From positions 36,902,464 to 36,966,463 of the forward strand of contig NC_043011.1 in the NCBI RefSeq assembly GCF_006345805.1: a stretch of DNA of 64,000 bases, given 5' to 3'. The stretch is from Octopus sinensis (taxonomy: Eukaryota). The notes under the pieces are model-generated. The model was not told where the DNA came from, ran no database searches, and worked only from the letters and a program-made list of their open reading frames with translations. Both the position numbers and the translations under genes were made by a program. Below are positions 1 to 13,434 of this stretch, one piece after another (the stretch's first letter is position 1; each line of letters begins with the position of its first letter).

Positions 1-60
1 TGTATATAGACACAGATCTGCAGAAAGTAAATAGGCGCCTTTAATTTTCAAAATCTTTTA

Positions 61-440
61 TTTGATATTAATTAGTTGAAGGAGAGGTTTTCTTCTAGCT
101 GATCATCCACAATACCCAAGCTTATGCAGATATGTAACAGACGTTCTTGGACTAACTTCTAGATGTTTTGCAATGTCAGAAGCCTTGGAACGGGGTTCGT
201 TTTCCCCAATTCTCTTCAAACAGTGAAACTTCCTTTCCCAGAGTCCAGGTCAGCCGGGACGAGAATTTGTTGATTCTTCTCCTTGGCTTTTGAATTGCAC
301 TATAATTCTATTAACAGTACCAAGAGGAATTTGAAGATTTTCGGCAATTTTTCGCTGGCTAAGACCAGCCTTAGATTGCCTAACAATGCGCCCTGTTTCA
401 AAATCTGACAGTTCTGCGGAATATTTTTTTGTGTGGCATG
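61..440 (-). pseudogene. Tc1-family transposase N-terminal (paired-like HTH) fossil
   Basis: Manual minus-strand translation: [49 protein letters not shown]...SRPG*P...SPRT...LHKLGYCG*SARRKPLL. One frameshift in an A run and two stops. Matches the Tc1 pattern LSDFE.GRIV...S.R.IA...RSGRP...ARRKPLL. Confidence 0.85.
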
Positions 441-575
441 GTTACTCTTCGCAAATAATTGCAGCTGGAATGAAAAAAAAAAATTACATTGTAAATTCTA
501 CACCGCTGAATGACGCTTAGGTCAGAAATTTTGAAAATTAAAGATGTCTATTTACTTCCTGCATCTCTGTGTATA

Positions 576-578
<3 letters not shown>

Positions 579-646
<68 letters not shown>

Positions 647-671
647 ATATATATATATGTGCATATATATG

Positions 672-706
<35 letters not shown>

Positions 707-720
707 ACATATATATATGT
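579..720. repeat. (TA)n/(TG)n compound microsatellite
   Basis: Directly visible; source of the YIYI/CVCV ORFs. Confidence 0.98.
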
Positions 721-729
721 GCGTATACA

Positions 730-977
730 AAAAATAAATGCGCCCTTTTAATGCCTAGCCAGACTCATGGTCACGGTTTTCCGGTTTCTATGGCGTATGT
801 GTTCCCCAGTTTGACGGGACGCCAGTCCATAGCAGCGTTAATCATTTTTGCCAGTTGAGTGGACTGGAGCAACGTGAAATGAAGTGCTTTGCTCAAGAAC
901 ACAACGCGTCGCCCTGTCTAGGAACCGAAGCCACAATCTTACGATCATGATGCTGACAATCCTAACCACTAAGCCAC
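730..977 (-). mobile_element. tRNA-derived SINE (head GTGGAGGCGCGTGGCTTAGTGG; CORE-like body; tail with ATGGACTGGCGTCCCGTC...GAAACCGG)
   Basis: A-box TGGCTTAGTGG at the 5' end on the minus strand; body TGTGTTCTTGAGCAAAGCACTT; tail shared with the 49865-50048 element. Confidence 0.8.
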
Positions 978-1890
978 GCGCCTCCACATATATGTCCGTA
1001 TGTTTGTGTATATATGCGTATTGTAATACAATATAATACATATGCATGAGTGTCTCACCGCATAATCAAATATATTTCATATTTCCTTAGTAGGTTATGA
1101 TATAACATAATTTTAGAAGAATTTCGGCAGTATTAATATCCTAACTTAAATAATTTGATACTGAAAATCACGATCGAAGATTTTAATGCAAATATGAGCA
1201 CTTTGATACAAATACTAAAGAGATATTAGACTTTGTAAGCACACATTTGAGACAGAACAAATAAAACTACTGAAACAGCATTGCATTTAATTCAGTCTCA
1301 ATTGAAAACAGGCCGTTGCGATTGAAATAGCCCAAACCGGTCTCAGACGGATTCGTATCAAAAAGGTTAAAATCTTTAAACTCTACTAAATTTGTACCAC
1401 CATTGTATTGACAGTCGAACAAAAGCTATGAGAAATATTATAAATTTAATCTATAAATTGCAATTCAAACACTCTTTGATTTACACAGTGCTTTTGAGAC
1501 AAGGGGTTAAACTTCATATGTTTAGTGCGTTTTACTTAAAGTATCTTGATTTATAATGCAGTTATAGAAGTGTTAGAGTTGAACAGATGCAATTACAATT
1601 TCAATTCTTGCATCGCATTTTAATCTCTTATGCAGTACTGTACCTTTATACCTAATAGAAATTTCCATAGTTCATTGAAATTCATCAGAAACAGCTGTGT
1701 GGCAGCACTATTAACGGTTAGAAAGTGCCCTAAACTCGTGTTCTTTTTGAGACTGAAAACAGCCCAACTTAAATATATCTATCGTCAACAGTATTCCAAG
1801 CAAGACCATTCCATAATTTTCTTTGACTAAAATGTTTTTTTTCCAAGAGAGTAGCATGTCATGTCATATCTATCTACATATTTCTGTCTG

Positions 1891-1974
<84 letters not shown>

Positions 1975-2106
1975 CATATGTGCGTGTGTTTGTGTGTGTG
2001 TGTGTGTTTGTGCGTGTGTGTGTGTGTGCGATTGTGTGTGCGTGTGTGTGCGCGAGTGTGCGTGCGTGCAAGTGTGTGTGTGTGTGTTTGTGTCTGTGTG
2101 TGTGTA

Positions 2107-2455
2107 AAGGGGCATGGCTCAGTGTTTAGAGCATCGGGATCACAACATCAAGTTAGTGGGTTTGATTCCCGGACCGGGTTGTTTGCTATGTTCTTGAGCA
2201 ATACATTTTATTTCACATTGCTCTAGTTCACTCAGCTGTATAAATGAGATGTGACATCACTGGTGCCAAGCTGTATCAGCTTTCGTGTTTCCATTGGATA
2301 ACATCGGTGGCGTGGTGAAGTGAGGTTAGTAAGCATGGGCGACTGCAGGTTTTCCATAAACAATCTTACCCGTTCTTGTGCCTCGGTGGGTAACATTCTA
2401 GGTGTAACCTCACAGTCATTCTAGTCCAAAGGCGTTCTTCACCGTTTTTTACCCT
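2107..2455 (+). mobile_element. tRNA-derived SINE with CORE-like segment and a distinct tail
   Basis: A-box TGGCTCAGTGT, B-box GGTTTGATTCCC, then TGTTCTTGAGCAATACATTTTATTTCACATTGCTCTAGTTCACTCAGCTG. Confidence 0.75.
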
Positions 2456-2546
2456 AAATTCTTCGAATAATTTTTTCATGCTTTATGTCCTACAAGTTCC
2501 ACTTGTCAAGAAAATGATTATTTCAAGTTCTTTCTGGAAAGTTTTA

Positions 2547-3009
2547 AAATTATTATGCCGTCAACCGCATCTAGATTTCCTCTAACAATAAAGTTTCTAA
2601 ATTGGACAGAAACATTTAACTATTTATTTTGGTCCAATGGTAGAACAACTGCCATATATAACGCAGGTGTGGTTTCCAGTACGAAGGGTAGCCTTCGGCT
2701 CTATTCCTCCCTACACAGTATATATATATATATATATATATATATAACAGTTTACATTTAAACACAGAGAAAGTACATATAATTACCTAAAAATTTACTA
2801 CCCTTATATAGGTATATATATATATATATATATATGTAATGTGTAAGGAGAAATAAAGCCAAAGGTTGCCCCTCGTACTGGAAACCACACCTGCGGTAGA
2901 CATGGCAGTTGTTCTACCACTGGACCAAAGCAGCTATTTGAATTTTCTATCCAATTTAGAAACTTTATTGTTAGCAGAAATCTGGATGCTGTTGACGGCA
3001 TAATAATTT
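2547..3009. mobile_element. Foldback/MITE-like element with ~200-bp inverted arms
   Basis: AAATTATTATGCCGTCAAC at 2547 and its reverse complement ending at 3009. The mirror ORFs at 2555(+) and 3001(-) share the same N-terminus. Spacer ~2746-2811. Confidence 0.85.
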
Positions 3010-3864
3010 ACATACTATACTTCATAAGTTTATGTACTTCGAGATTCACTGTTCCAAGAAGCAAAATATACCTCTCAAAATAATTTTTTCGCAAAGATAC
3101 TTGTGTCTTAATATATATAACAGTATACATTTTTGCTTTGAAAAAACGAATATAAAGAAAAGTGTAACTAAAATCTTCTGTTCATCAAAGATAATAATAA
3201 TAATAATAAAAGTGTAGTATATCTTACATTTCGCTTTATCCAAAATCTCTGTGCAGTGCACCAAAAATTAATTAACAACATACTTGATTTCTTTAGTTCA
3301 AATCTAGCTATTAGGTGCACCATTTGTTTTTCATATATCAAACTGACGCCTATAAAACTCAATAAATTACAAGCACATCGAAGATGTGAATTCATAGCAA
3401 ACATTTAAATTCATACAGAATACGAATACGTTTCTTTGGTACAGCTGCACTCAAATAAATCAGGAGTGTACAATAAGAAGCCGAGACGTTTCTGGTCTTA
3501 TCTACCGTTTTTCGTTTTTTTCTTTTAAGTTGCTGTCATTTGTTATCAAGACTCAACAAAAAAGCTACACGTAGTTTTATTTCCCATTCAATATTTAGCT
3601 AATGTCTTTCTTTTATTTGTAAATTAATCGAACAGTAATATCTTCCCACTGTACTCATTATGTTTGTGCGTCGTCTTCGAGTGTACTTCCACTTAAAATA
3701 TAAGTTTGGTCGTGTTTAGTGTATTCTTATATTTATATCTTTTTTGTCATTAGATTTAATATATACAGAATGAACAGTAGCTTAAGAAGAAAAAAATATT
3801 AACAGCAACACAAACAATAAAAACAACAATAACAAAAACAAAAGCCAAAATAATATTAATCATA

Positions 3865-4078
3865 TTACTTTCTACGATAGGCATAAGGCTTGAAATTTTG
3901 AGGGAGGGGGCAGTCGATTAGATCGAACCAAGTACGCAGCTGGTATTTAATTTATCGATCCTGAAAGGATGAAAGGCAAAATTGACCTCGGGGAAATTGA
4001 ACTCAGAACGTTGCAGTAGGCGAGATACTGCTAAGCATTTCGCCTCCCACTAGTGCTAACGATTTTACGGGTTCACTG
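3865..4078 (-). mobile_element. SINE family B copy
   Basis: Reverse complement of GAGTTCAA(A)TTCC..GAGGTC..TTTGCCTTTCATCCTTTC core. Confidence 0.8.
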
Positions 4079-4080
4079 CA

Positions 4081-4136
<56 letters not shown>

Positions 4137-4154
4137 CAACAACAATAAAAATTA

Positions 4155-4900
4155 TACGCGGAGATAAATCTGTCAAAACAAAAACGAGAACAAACGAATA
4201 CAGATCTGTTAGCCTTAAGAAGCTACATTGTGAGTCAATGTCTTCATTCAGAGAACTCGGATGCGGTGTTGTCTCAAAAAGTTAACCCTAAACAAATAGA
4301 TCTGTCCCCTAATGTCAACGTCTAAGCTCATCATGTCTCAGTGATAACAAAGCAAAATAGACACCGGATCCGTCATCCGGGTCAACAAGGGCCGCGCAAC
4401 CCAGTGAAGGAGCAAACTGGATAAGAAAAATCAGCTACTGGTTCAAATCTTCCCGAAACACAGGAACTGGAATTACCACACAACCGGAGTATTCTAATAG
4501 TTGACCATCCACAAATAAATGTAATGCTGAACAAATCTACATATACCGGAGAGAGAAGCATCTTGAAGCAAGATCCTACTTAGATAGTATCAAACTTGCC
4601 AATGTCAGAAGAAACATTAACAAGAAATTACTAACTGAATTAGGGATTGACCAAATTAAACAATTAGTAATGGATAAAAGGAAGGAAGTTGCAGCTAAAG
4701 AAGATTCTACTGAGAAAATAATTACAGACCATCCCAGGTCTGATGATAATGCAGTAATGATAGAAAGAGTCAATGTAACTGATGAGCAAGGTGAAATACT
4801 TTCTGACCCAGTCATAATTACCAAGGAATATAAAAATAATATAGATGAAGAAACTCATGCAAAAATTGACCCTGCTGAACCAGGTGGTCTACAAAATTAA
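4155..4900 (+). pseudogene. 5' region of an R4/Dong-type non-LTR retrotransposon ORF (degenerate)
   Basis: Frame EQIYIYRREKHLEARSYLDSIKLANVRRNINKKLLTELGIDQIKQLV resembles the R4/Dong N-terminal region; starts right after an (AAT)n(AAC)n tract. Confidence 0.55.
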
Positions 4901-4984
4901 CTCATGATTGAATGGTTGAAAAGTAAAGTAAGCAGCTTTAACCATAACCTTTAAAGTAATTATTCAAATGTACCTTGCACTTAG

Positions 4985-5167
4985 CGATATATTCGCCACG
5001 ATAGATCGCTAGCCATTACACATTCTTTATTTTCTCTCTTTGTTTCTTTCTGTGGAAGAGCGTAGGCTCGAAACATTAAGACTTTTTCACTTCCCGAGCG
5101 TTATACTAATACATCTGTTTGATTTCTTCACCACCTGTTTCGTCTTTTGTCTTTTGCGGACTCTCCT
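4985..5167 (+). mobile_element. Penelope-LTR-like repeat with degenerate hammerhead (CUGUGGA core)
   Basis: CTGTGGA-A-GAGC-GTAG-GCTC-GAAA-CATT-AAGAC at 5050-5082; second copy on the minus strand at 61116-61154. Confidence 0.6.
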
Positions 5168-5171
5168 ATAT

Positions 5172-5218
<47 letters not shown>

Positions 5219-5702
5219 AGAGAGAGATAGAGAGATCGGTAGACAGATAGCTAGATAGAGAGAGAGAGAGAGAGTTAGATAGATAGATAGATAGATAGAT
5301 AAAGAACAATAGATAAAGAAAAGTAGAATGAAAGCGAGTAAATCAAAGAGCATGATAAAAATTAAAAGGAGGGAAGTGCATTCAGAATTTATAAGAAATT
5401 TGTTAAAAATAAATATATTAAATGAGAGAAAATATGAGAGGAATGCTCTCATCATCAATATCTACATTTGATCCGTGGCGATTGTAAAGCTGTTTTCTGT
5501 AGTTTGATATCACAAAGATATGTTGTCTTGGATAAAAAAACAACACTGTGAAAGGTTATCTATTGTCTGTTTCGTTTTTCAATTTATGCACGAAGCTTAT
5601 ATTTCAGAGTAAAATACTACATATCTCACACACACTGTGCAAAAACATATACATATACATATATATATATATATATATGTATGTATTTGTGTATATATAC
5701 AC

Positions 5703-5749
<47 letters not shown>

Positions 5750-5994
5750 AGTGTTCGTGTATAGATAGGTATATACGTAAATATATATATATATGTATAT
5801 ATACACACATATATATATATACACACACATTTATTTATATTAATATAAATAGATATATTAAAAAGGGAATAATTAATAACTTCTTCCTTTATGAGGTTTT
5901 TCACGCTAACTACTTTATAATTTCTTATAAAGGTTTTATCCTATTTTTAAATATATATACACACATATATATATATATATATGTGTGTGTGTGC

Positions 5995-6058
<64 letters not shown>

Positions 6059-6793
6059 ATGTATATATTCATATATGCATGTATTAGATATATACTTATA
6101 TATATATGTATATATACATGTATATGTATATATGTATATATATATATATATGTGTATATGTGTATTTATGTATATACACATATACATAAATCTCATGTAT
6201 ATAATATCAAATGCGTACAAATACATATATGTACATATAATGCATACACACACATGCATAAACACACAAACACATATAAAGCTGTATGCGTATATAGACG
6301 TGTATATAGAGCAGTATAGCACATAAATATACATATAGACATCGACATAAGTATATACATACAAGTATATGTTTGTGTACATGTATCAGTGTGCATGTTG
6401 CAATGGTCATTTTTTTACTTCTACATGTAAAATAATAGAAAATGTATTCGATTTAGAAGTGTAGCGTCGCAGAAATGAATAATTTTTTTTCTATTGTCTT
6501 TACTTCTTCAAATAGTTTACTGTGAAGTTTTTCAAGCTAGTGGGGTTCCTACCTTTCTCTTGTAAATCTGCAAAGTGTACAAAAATTGTATAATAGTTTG
6601 TAATTCTGTGTTGTATATGCTTTTTAATATGTATGAGTTTATGCTTTTTTTTCCCAATATGTGAGTGAAGGTCATCTCTAAGTTTCAAAATTTCATATCT
6701 GAATTCTGTTACGTCTTCAGTTACAAAGACTGCTCTTTATGTTGTTATTTCTACCGTTGCCACCATCAACAACATCTTACGACTATCATCACT

Positions 6794-6838
6794 AGCTCCT
6801 CCTCCTCCTCCTCCCCCTCCTCCTCCTCCTCCTCCTAC

Positions 6839-6932
<94 letters not shown>

Positions 6933-6981
6933 AATAATGATGATGATAATGATGACAATAATAATGATAATAATAATAATG

Positions 6982-7054
<73 letters not shown>

Positions 7055-7066
7055 CAACAACAATAA
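6794..7066. repeat. Compound trinucleotide microsatellite (CCT)(ACT)(AAT)(GAT)(AAT)(AAC)
   Basis: Directly visible. Confidence 0.97.
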
Positions 7067-7159
7067 TGTTTATAGGATTAAGATTACTCCTCCAGAAAGT
7101 ATAGAAGCAAAGTAAGAAGAGTACCATTGTTATAAAATGAACAATATTTCGACATCTTA

Positions 7160-7389
7160 TTTCCTTATTGTCCACAAGGAGCTAAACACAGAGGGGACAA
7201 ACAAGGACAGACAAAGGTATTAAGTCGATTACATCGACTCCAGTGCGAAACTGGTACTAAATTTATCGACCCCGAAAGGATGAAAGGCAAAGTCGACATC
7301 GGTGGAATTTGAACTCAAACGTAACGGCAGACGAAATGTCTCTAAGCATTTAGCCCGGCGTGGTAAAGTTTCTGCCAGCTCACCGCCTT
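7160..7389 (-). mobile_element. SINE family B, near full length
   Basis: Head AAGGCGGTGAGCTGGCAGAAAC on the minus strand, with core and tail collinear with 55628-55858. Confidence 0.88.
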
Positions 7390-7435
7390 TCGACATCTCG
7401 TGTGTCTTCCACAGGTTCAAAAAGAAATTTGTCAA

Positions 7436-7850
7436 TCTGTTGGGTTGGCAACTAAGTCCCCGCCGTTTTTTTTTATTGAAATTTTTAAAAAGGTTTAATA
7501 AAAAATAACAACTAATTAATCAATAATGTATTCACACTTGTTGTTTACATCTTCCCAACTTTCAACATGATTTTCAATGCCTCGTTGATAAAAATTACCC
7601 GATTTCGACTCGAAAAATTGATCTAAACAAGCTCTCGATTCTGCATCAGTATTGAACGAATCTCCGCGCATAGCATTTGAAAGAGATGGAAAGAGGTAGA
7701 AATCCGTTGGTGCCAAATCAGGAGAGTGCGGCGGGTGTGGCAGCACTTCACAGCCATGCGTCTGAATGTCTTCCTTGGTCATATTGCTTGATTAAAAGCA
7801 AAAGAAATGAGGTGTCGAAAATGCTCGTTTTTCTTAACTTGACATTCTAT
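7436..7850 (-). pseudogene. Internally deleted mariner transposase with 3' TIR
   Basis: N-terminus (I)ECQVKKNEHFRHLISFAFNQ from 7850 is fused to C-terminus NMTKEDIQ..EVLPHPPHSPDLAPTDFYLF...GEY-like end at 7516. TIR-like TTGGGTTGGCAACTAAGT at ~7440. Confidence 0.85.
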
Positions 7851-8057
7851 TTTAATGATCTGAAAATAAACAAAAATTAGCTAAAATTAACTAGAAAAAA
7901 ACAAAATAGATTCGTTCTCTACTTTCTGGAGGAGGAACCTCAATCCTATAAATATTACCAAAATAAAGTAGATAGAAAAGTTTATTTTTGCACTCGTGAA
8001 AGACACACGAGATGTCGAAATTTTGCTCATTTGATAACAATGACACTCTTTTATTTG

Positions 8058-8186
<129 letters not shown>

Positions 8187-8194
8187 GATATTAA

Positions 8195-8340
8195 TGGTTT
8201 CAAATTTTGCCATAAGGGCAGCCATTTTAGAGGAGGAGATAAGTCGATTACATCGACCCCAGTGTTTAACTGGTATTTAATTTATCGTCCCAGAAACGAT
8301 GAAATCAAAGTCGACCTCAGCGGAATTTGAACTCATAATG
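8195..8340 (-). mobile_element. SINE family B, 5'-truncated
   Basis: AGTCGATTACATCGACCCCAGTG...AAAGTCGACCTCAGCGGAATTTGAACTC. Confidence 0.8.
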
Positions 8341-8349
8341 CAAATAAGA

Positions 8350-10200
8350 AATGTTGTGGAACAGGCCGGCGAGACATAAGGAAAGTATGTAGTGGTTAAT
8401 AAAGGTGGAAAGACATCTTACAACTGCACCAAGACAAAGTGACGTCAGAATTAATCTATATACAGTGAGCTGAATTTAAAAGAAAATCGCTAATTGGAAA
8501 GGACTAAGCCCGCATATAACAAGTCTATTGGCTGAAGAACTTTACACAGTTGCAAGAAAGGATCGCTGCGAATTTGGACGACTGCCTGGAGAAAGGTCAC
8601 ATCACTACCTGGATGACAAGTGGACAAATGCTGCAATGATTCAATGATAACTTGAAAAAGGGCTTGGTATCAAATTGTCGCCCTATAACTTGTTTACCTC
8701 TTCTTTGGAAGCTTATGACAGGCGTCTCAGTGGAAGATTTATATAACCATCTGGAATGTAACAATCTACTTCCAGAAAAACAGAGAGGATGCAGGAAACA
8801 ATGTAAGGCAGCAACTGATCACTTAATTGATAAAATGATTATTGAAAATTGTAGACGCAGGTTGACGGGGTTGAATGTAGCATGGCAAGATTACAAAAAA
8901 TCAAATGACATGGTACCACACAGTAGGATAAGTATAAGTAAAACAATGAGAGTGTTTGGAACAGCAAAAATGCATGGAGAAAATGTTTAATGAAAGGATG
9001 AAGCCATTGGGATACATCATTCGTAGATTATTCTAAGGTGATAGCTTTTCTACATCTTTATTAGTATTGGTCATGACACCGCTTTACTATGATACTGCTG
9101 AAAGTTAAAATAGCTTACGATTTAGGAAAAGGAAATGGCCAGATAAATCATTCCCTTTTTATAGATGATATAAAGGTTTATGCGAAAAGTGAGGAACAAC
9201 TTGAAAATCTTGTACATACTATCTGCATTTTCTCAAATGATGCAGGTATGGGATTTGGGATAGAAAAGTCCACTAATTTGAAAATGAAACGAGGAATATT
9301 TGAAAGAAGCCAAGGAATTGAAATGCTAAATGGGTAAACTATGAGAGCGGTTGTAAAAGGACAGTGGTATAAATACTTGGGGATACTGGAAGCAGATGAG
9401 ATTTTAAAAATGAAGAAATTAAGCAAATTACCAGTAGGAATTACACAAGGAGAGTAAGAGAAATAATATAGTTAAAGTTGAATTCAAAAAACCTTATTGA
9501 AGTAATAAATGCAAGAGCAGTACCCTTAATCAGATTTGGATATGGAATTATAGACTGGACCAAATACGATATAAAGAAACTAGAGAGAAAAACTAGGAAT
9601 TTGTTGACAATATAACGACGCCCCCTCTCCCAATCTGAAAGCTGATATCAACCGGCTGCACTTGAGGAGAGACGAGGATGGAAAAGAGGAATTAACTGCG
9701 GTAGAAGGATGTGTATAGATGGAAAGAAAAAAAGCCTAGTAGAGTATTTACAGAAAGCACAGAAAATCCACTAAAGACAGTGAATAAGGAACAGGTAATC
9801 AAACGTGTGAAAGGAGAAAAGGGCAAGAATGAAATTTAAAGAGAGCACATCAAACTGGTTGAATAGAAACTTTTACATGCCGAATATTGAAAAGCCACTG
9901 CTGCCTTGGTGGTCCATTCTAATCTGCCCGAAAGTATTTAGAACAAATATAAAAGCCATTGCTTTGAGACTCGCAGTACTTCCTGCATATAACGATTTAC
10001 ATCCGTCTAAATGTCTTAATTAAGATCATTATGGCCGTCACAGAATGCGATCCTAATCATATTTCATTACAACTGCGGAGCTGATACACAACTCCGTTCA
10101 TAACAATATCAACTGATATGCTATAAGAATAGACATATACACGATCGAGATAGTAGCATACTTGGATTCATAAACATCACAGGGCAGACTCAAACTGCAT
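8350..10200 (+). pseudogene. Old R4/Dong-type RLE non-LTR retrotransposon (RT and decayed C-terminus)
   Basis: SNCRPITCLPLLWKLMTG, PEKQRGCRK, AWQDYKKSNDMVPH, INHSLFIDDIKVYAK, FGIEKS motifs across several frames with many stops and frameshifts. Confidence 0.88.
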
Positions 10201-10934
10201 TTGTTAGAATTGAACAGTTGCAAACATGTTGTGAATGATATGCATAAATCGAATTCATGTTAGGAAGGAAACTTCAGAAGTACATCTCTCTAATAATGAA
10301 TAATAAATAAATATACTTCCTTGCACATCTATCATTTCAGTACTGCCATCGGTGGAATAGAACCGAGAGAACTTTACAACAGATCGTTATCGCCATACTT
10401 AACCCCATTTTATGCCTTTTCTTTTTACACAAGCGTTTATATTACCGAGAGAAATTATTACTCGATGACATTATAATAGCAGGACCAACAATCTTATTAC
10501 TGCAAATGTTCTTGTCTCCGGTTATTTAATATTCTTTCTCATTTGTTGATCGATTTCATAATAAATGGATGCTGTTTTAAGTCTGTCATTTGCAATTATA
10601 ATTTATTTTAATGTCTGCGATAGAGAGAGGAATATATGAAGTGACGCCAAACTCATATTTCTATTATACAAGAACAGATATTGTTACAGTATTTTATTAG
10701 ATATTTTACCAAAGTCTTGTTTAGTTGCTTTTTCATTATTCTTTTTCTCCTTATATCTGATATTTTTCTCTGTATAAGCCTCCGCATTTATTTCTCCCTC
10801 TCTTATTTCTCTTTCCCTCCTATTTCTCTCTCTCTCTCTCTATCACTTTCTCACTTTCTGTCCGTTTCTCAAGCTCTGCCAAACACTTATCCTGTCTCTA
10901 TCACTTTATTTATCGAAGTATTTCCCCAGTAAGC

Positions 10935-11184
<250 letters not shown>

Positions 11185-11650
11185 ATATCTATATCTATAT
11201 ATCAGTGCTTCTATCTGAAAATATTTCTATCTTAAATACCTGTCAATATCTCTCTCCCCTTTTCTTTTTTGTATGTATTTCAATTTACATGAGTGCACGC
11301 TTATATTCAACCCACCTTTTACATAATCCATGGCACCATTCACATGTGGATACATGCATGTATACAGCGAATGTATATTTATGCATACAAGCGAATTTGC
11401 ATGTATGTGTACATATATGCACGGGTAGAAATAAACAAACATAATATCAATGCATGCCCCTCTATGTTAAAGACACACGTACACACACACGCACACGCAC
11501 ACACGCACACACGCACATACGTATGTGTGAGTGTTTAACTGTCATTCTTTATATATTTATGCAAGTGTAAATATATAACACGTATATATGTGTGTATATA
11601 TGTATGGATGCCTGTATGTGTATGTGTATGTATGTGTGTGCGTATGTCTG

Positions 11651-11692
<42 letters not shown>

Positions 11693-12454
11693 GAATATAT
11701 ATACATGTATATATGTAGAAATATATGTATCAAAATATTTATGTCATGATGTGGGGCTATATATATATATGTATGTATGTGTGTATGTATATATGTATGT
11801 ATGTATGTCTTTATATATGTAGGTATGGAATTATGCGTGTATGAGTGTTTGTGTGCGTGTGTTATTTAAAGAGACTACGTTTGTTGAACTACAAAACCAA
11901 GAATAACAACCCATAACCCCTGCCATCACAATTTTATACAGTTATATATATATTTATTGATACATTTTCATTTTTATCACTTTTTTCGCTAAGTTCAACA
12001 TGATTACTTTAGTTCGGTTATCGAAAAAATTAATGACTGAAGAAAATGGCATTTTATTGAAGAAAGAATAAAATATTCACGCGATTGTAAAAGAGAAATA
12101 AAAACAGTTGTTAAAAACATGTGTTAACCTTGCTTGTTTGATTAATGTCATCGAGTCTCCATTTATGTCTAAACCAAATCTAAATGATTATATTACGAAT
12201 ATTGATTTCTATCGTAGTAACAGCGCCACAGATTTTGGGAGCGTCTATAATTCAGTATATCAAAACCAGCATCAGATCGTTACTTGTTTTAGGGAGCTTG
12301 CAGTGAGGGAAGACAGATTCGTCAGGTTTAAAATAATTACTAGTATTCTAACTGCCTTTTGCGTTGTATATTGCAAGTAATTCTCCGAGTATTTTCTCCA
12401 AAATATAGTAGTAATCACCAACTGCCTGTTACTGACCATAAGTGGTTGTAAGGT

Positions 12455-12718
12455 ATCAAATTTCTTATTTTATCGTCTCTGGTTACGGGGACGTGAACAC
12501 ACCAACACCGCGTGTCAAGCGATGTGGGGAGACAAATACAAACGCACAAACATATACTTATATATACTACGGTCTTCTTTCAGTTTCCGGCTACAAAATT
12601 CACTCGCAAGACTGTGGTTGGGCCGAGGCTAGTGTAGAAGACGCTTACCCAAGTTGCCACACAGTGGGACTGAACCAGGAATTATGTTGTTGGGAAGCAA
12701 GTTTCTTACCACACCACC
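12455..12718 (-). mobile_element. SINE family A copy (degenerate)
   Basis: Reverse complement of the GTGGTAAG..CTT..CCAAC...GGTTCAGTCCCACTG head and internal (CA/TA) tract; collinear with 45580-45987. Confidence 0.8.
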
Positions 12719-12999
12719 AAAGAGAGAGAGAGAGAGAGGGAGGGAGAGAGAGTGGGAGGGAGAGAGAGTGGGAGGGAGAGAGTGTGGGTGGGAGAGAGAG
12801 TGGGAGGGAGAGAGGGAGGGAAGAGAGCGGGAAAGAGAGAGGGATGGAGAGAGAAAGAGAGGGGAAGACAGAGAGAGAGAGAGAGTATAAAAGAGTTAAG
12901 CTATCCTTTTTGAGATGAAGTTTTCGGATGTTAATAAAATTTCCACATTCCTCTTCGCTATCAAACGTTATCTATCTATCTATCTATCTCTCTATACAC

Positions 13000-13034
<35 letters not shown>

Positions 13035-13309
13035 CACACACATATATACACATACATATATATATGGGAAGACTTTTGTTAAACGACGTCGATTACTACA
13101 ATTCCGTAAATAATAATAATGGTATTTTATAAGCTTAACGCTTATAAGCCATCACGACCTTGACAGAAAAATGCCTCAGATATTTTCATACAATTGTCTT
13201 GAAAGAGAGGAAATCAGTAGGTGACAAGATATATATGCCCCATTATTAGACTATATTCTTTAATCATTGCGTGCCGATAGCTTATAGCTTTAAGCTTATA
13301 AGATACAAT

Positions 13310-13414
<105 letters not shown>

Positions 13415-13434
13415 AAGATAAATAGATAGATAGA

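Noticed and set aside
1340-1510. AGGTTAA and AGGGGTTAA ends suggesting piggyBac-type MITEs
   Set aside because: No matching left TIR was found, so no element could be delimited.
4779-4800. CTGATGA...GAAA hammerhead-like match
   Set aside because: Helix II would be only 2 weak pairs, there is no helix I, and it lies within retrotransposon coding sequence.
12108-12380. 90-aa ORF in unique sequence
   Set aside because: It starts at TTG, has no recognisable motif and has no clear splice signals.
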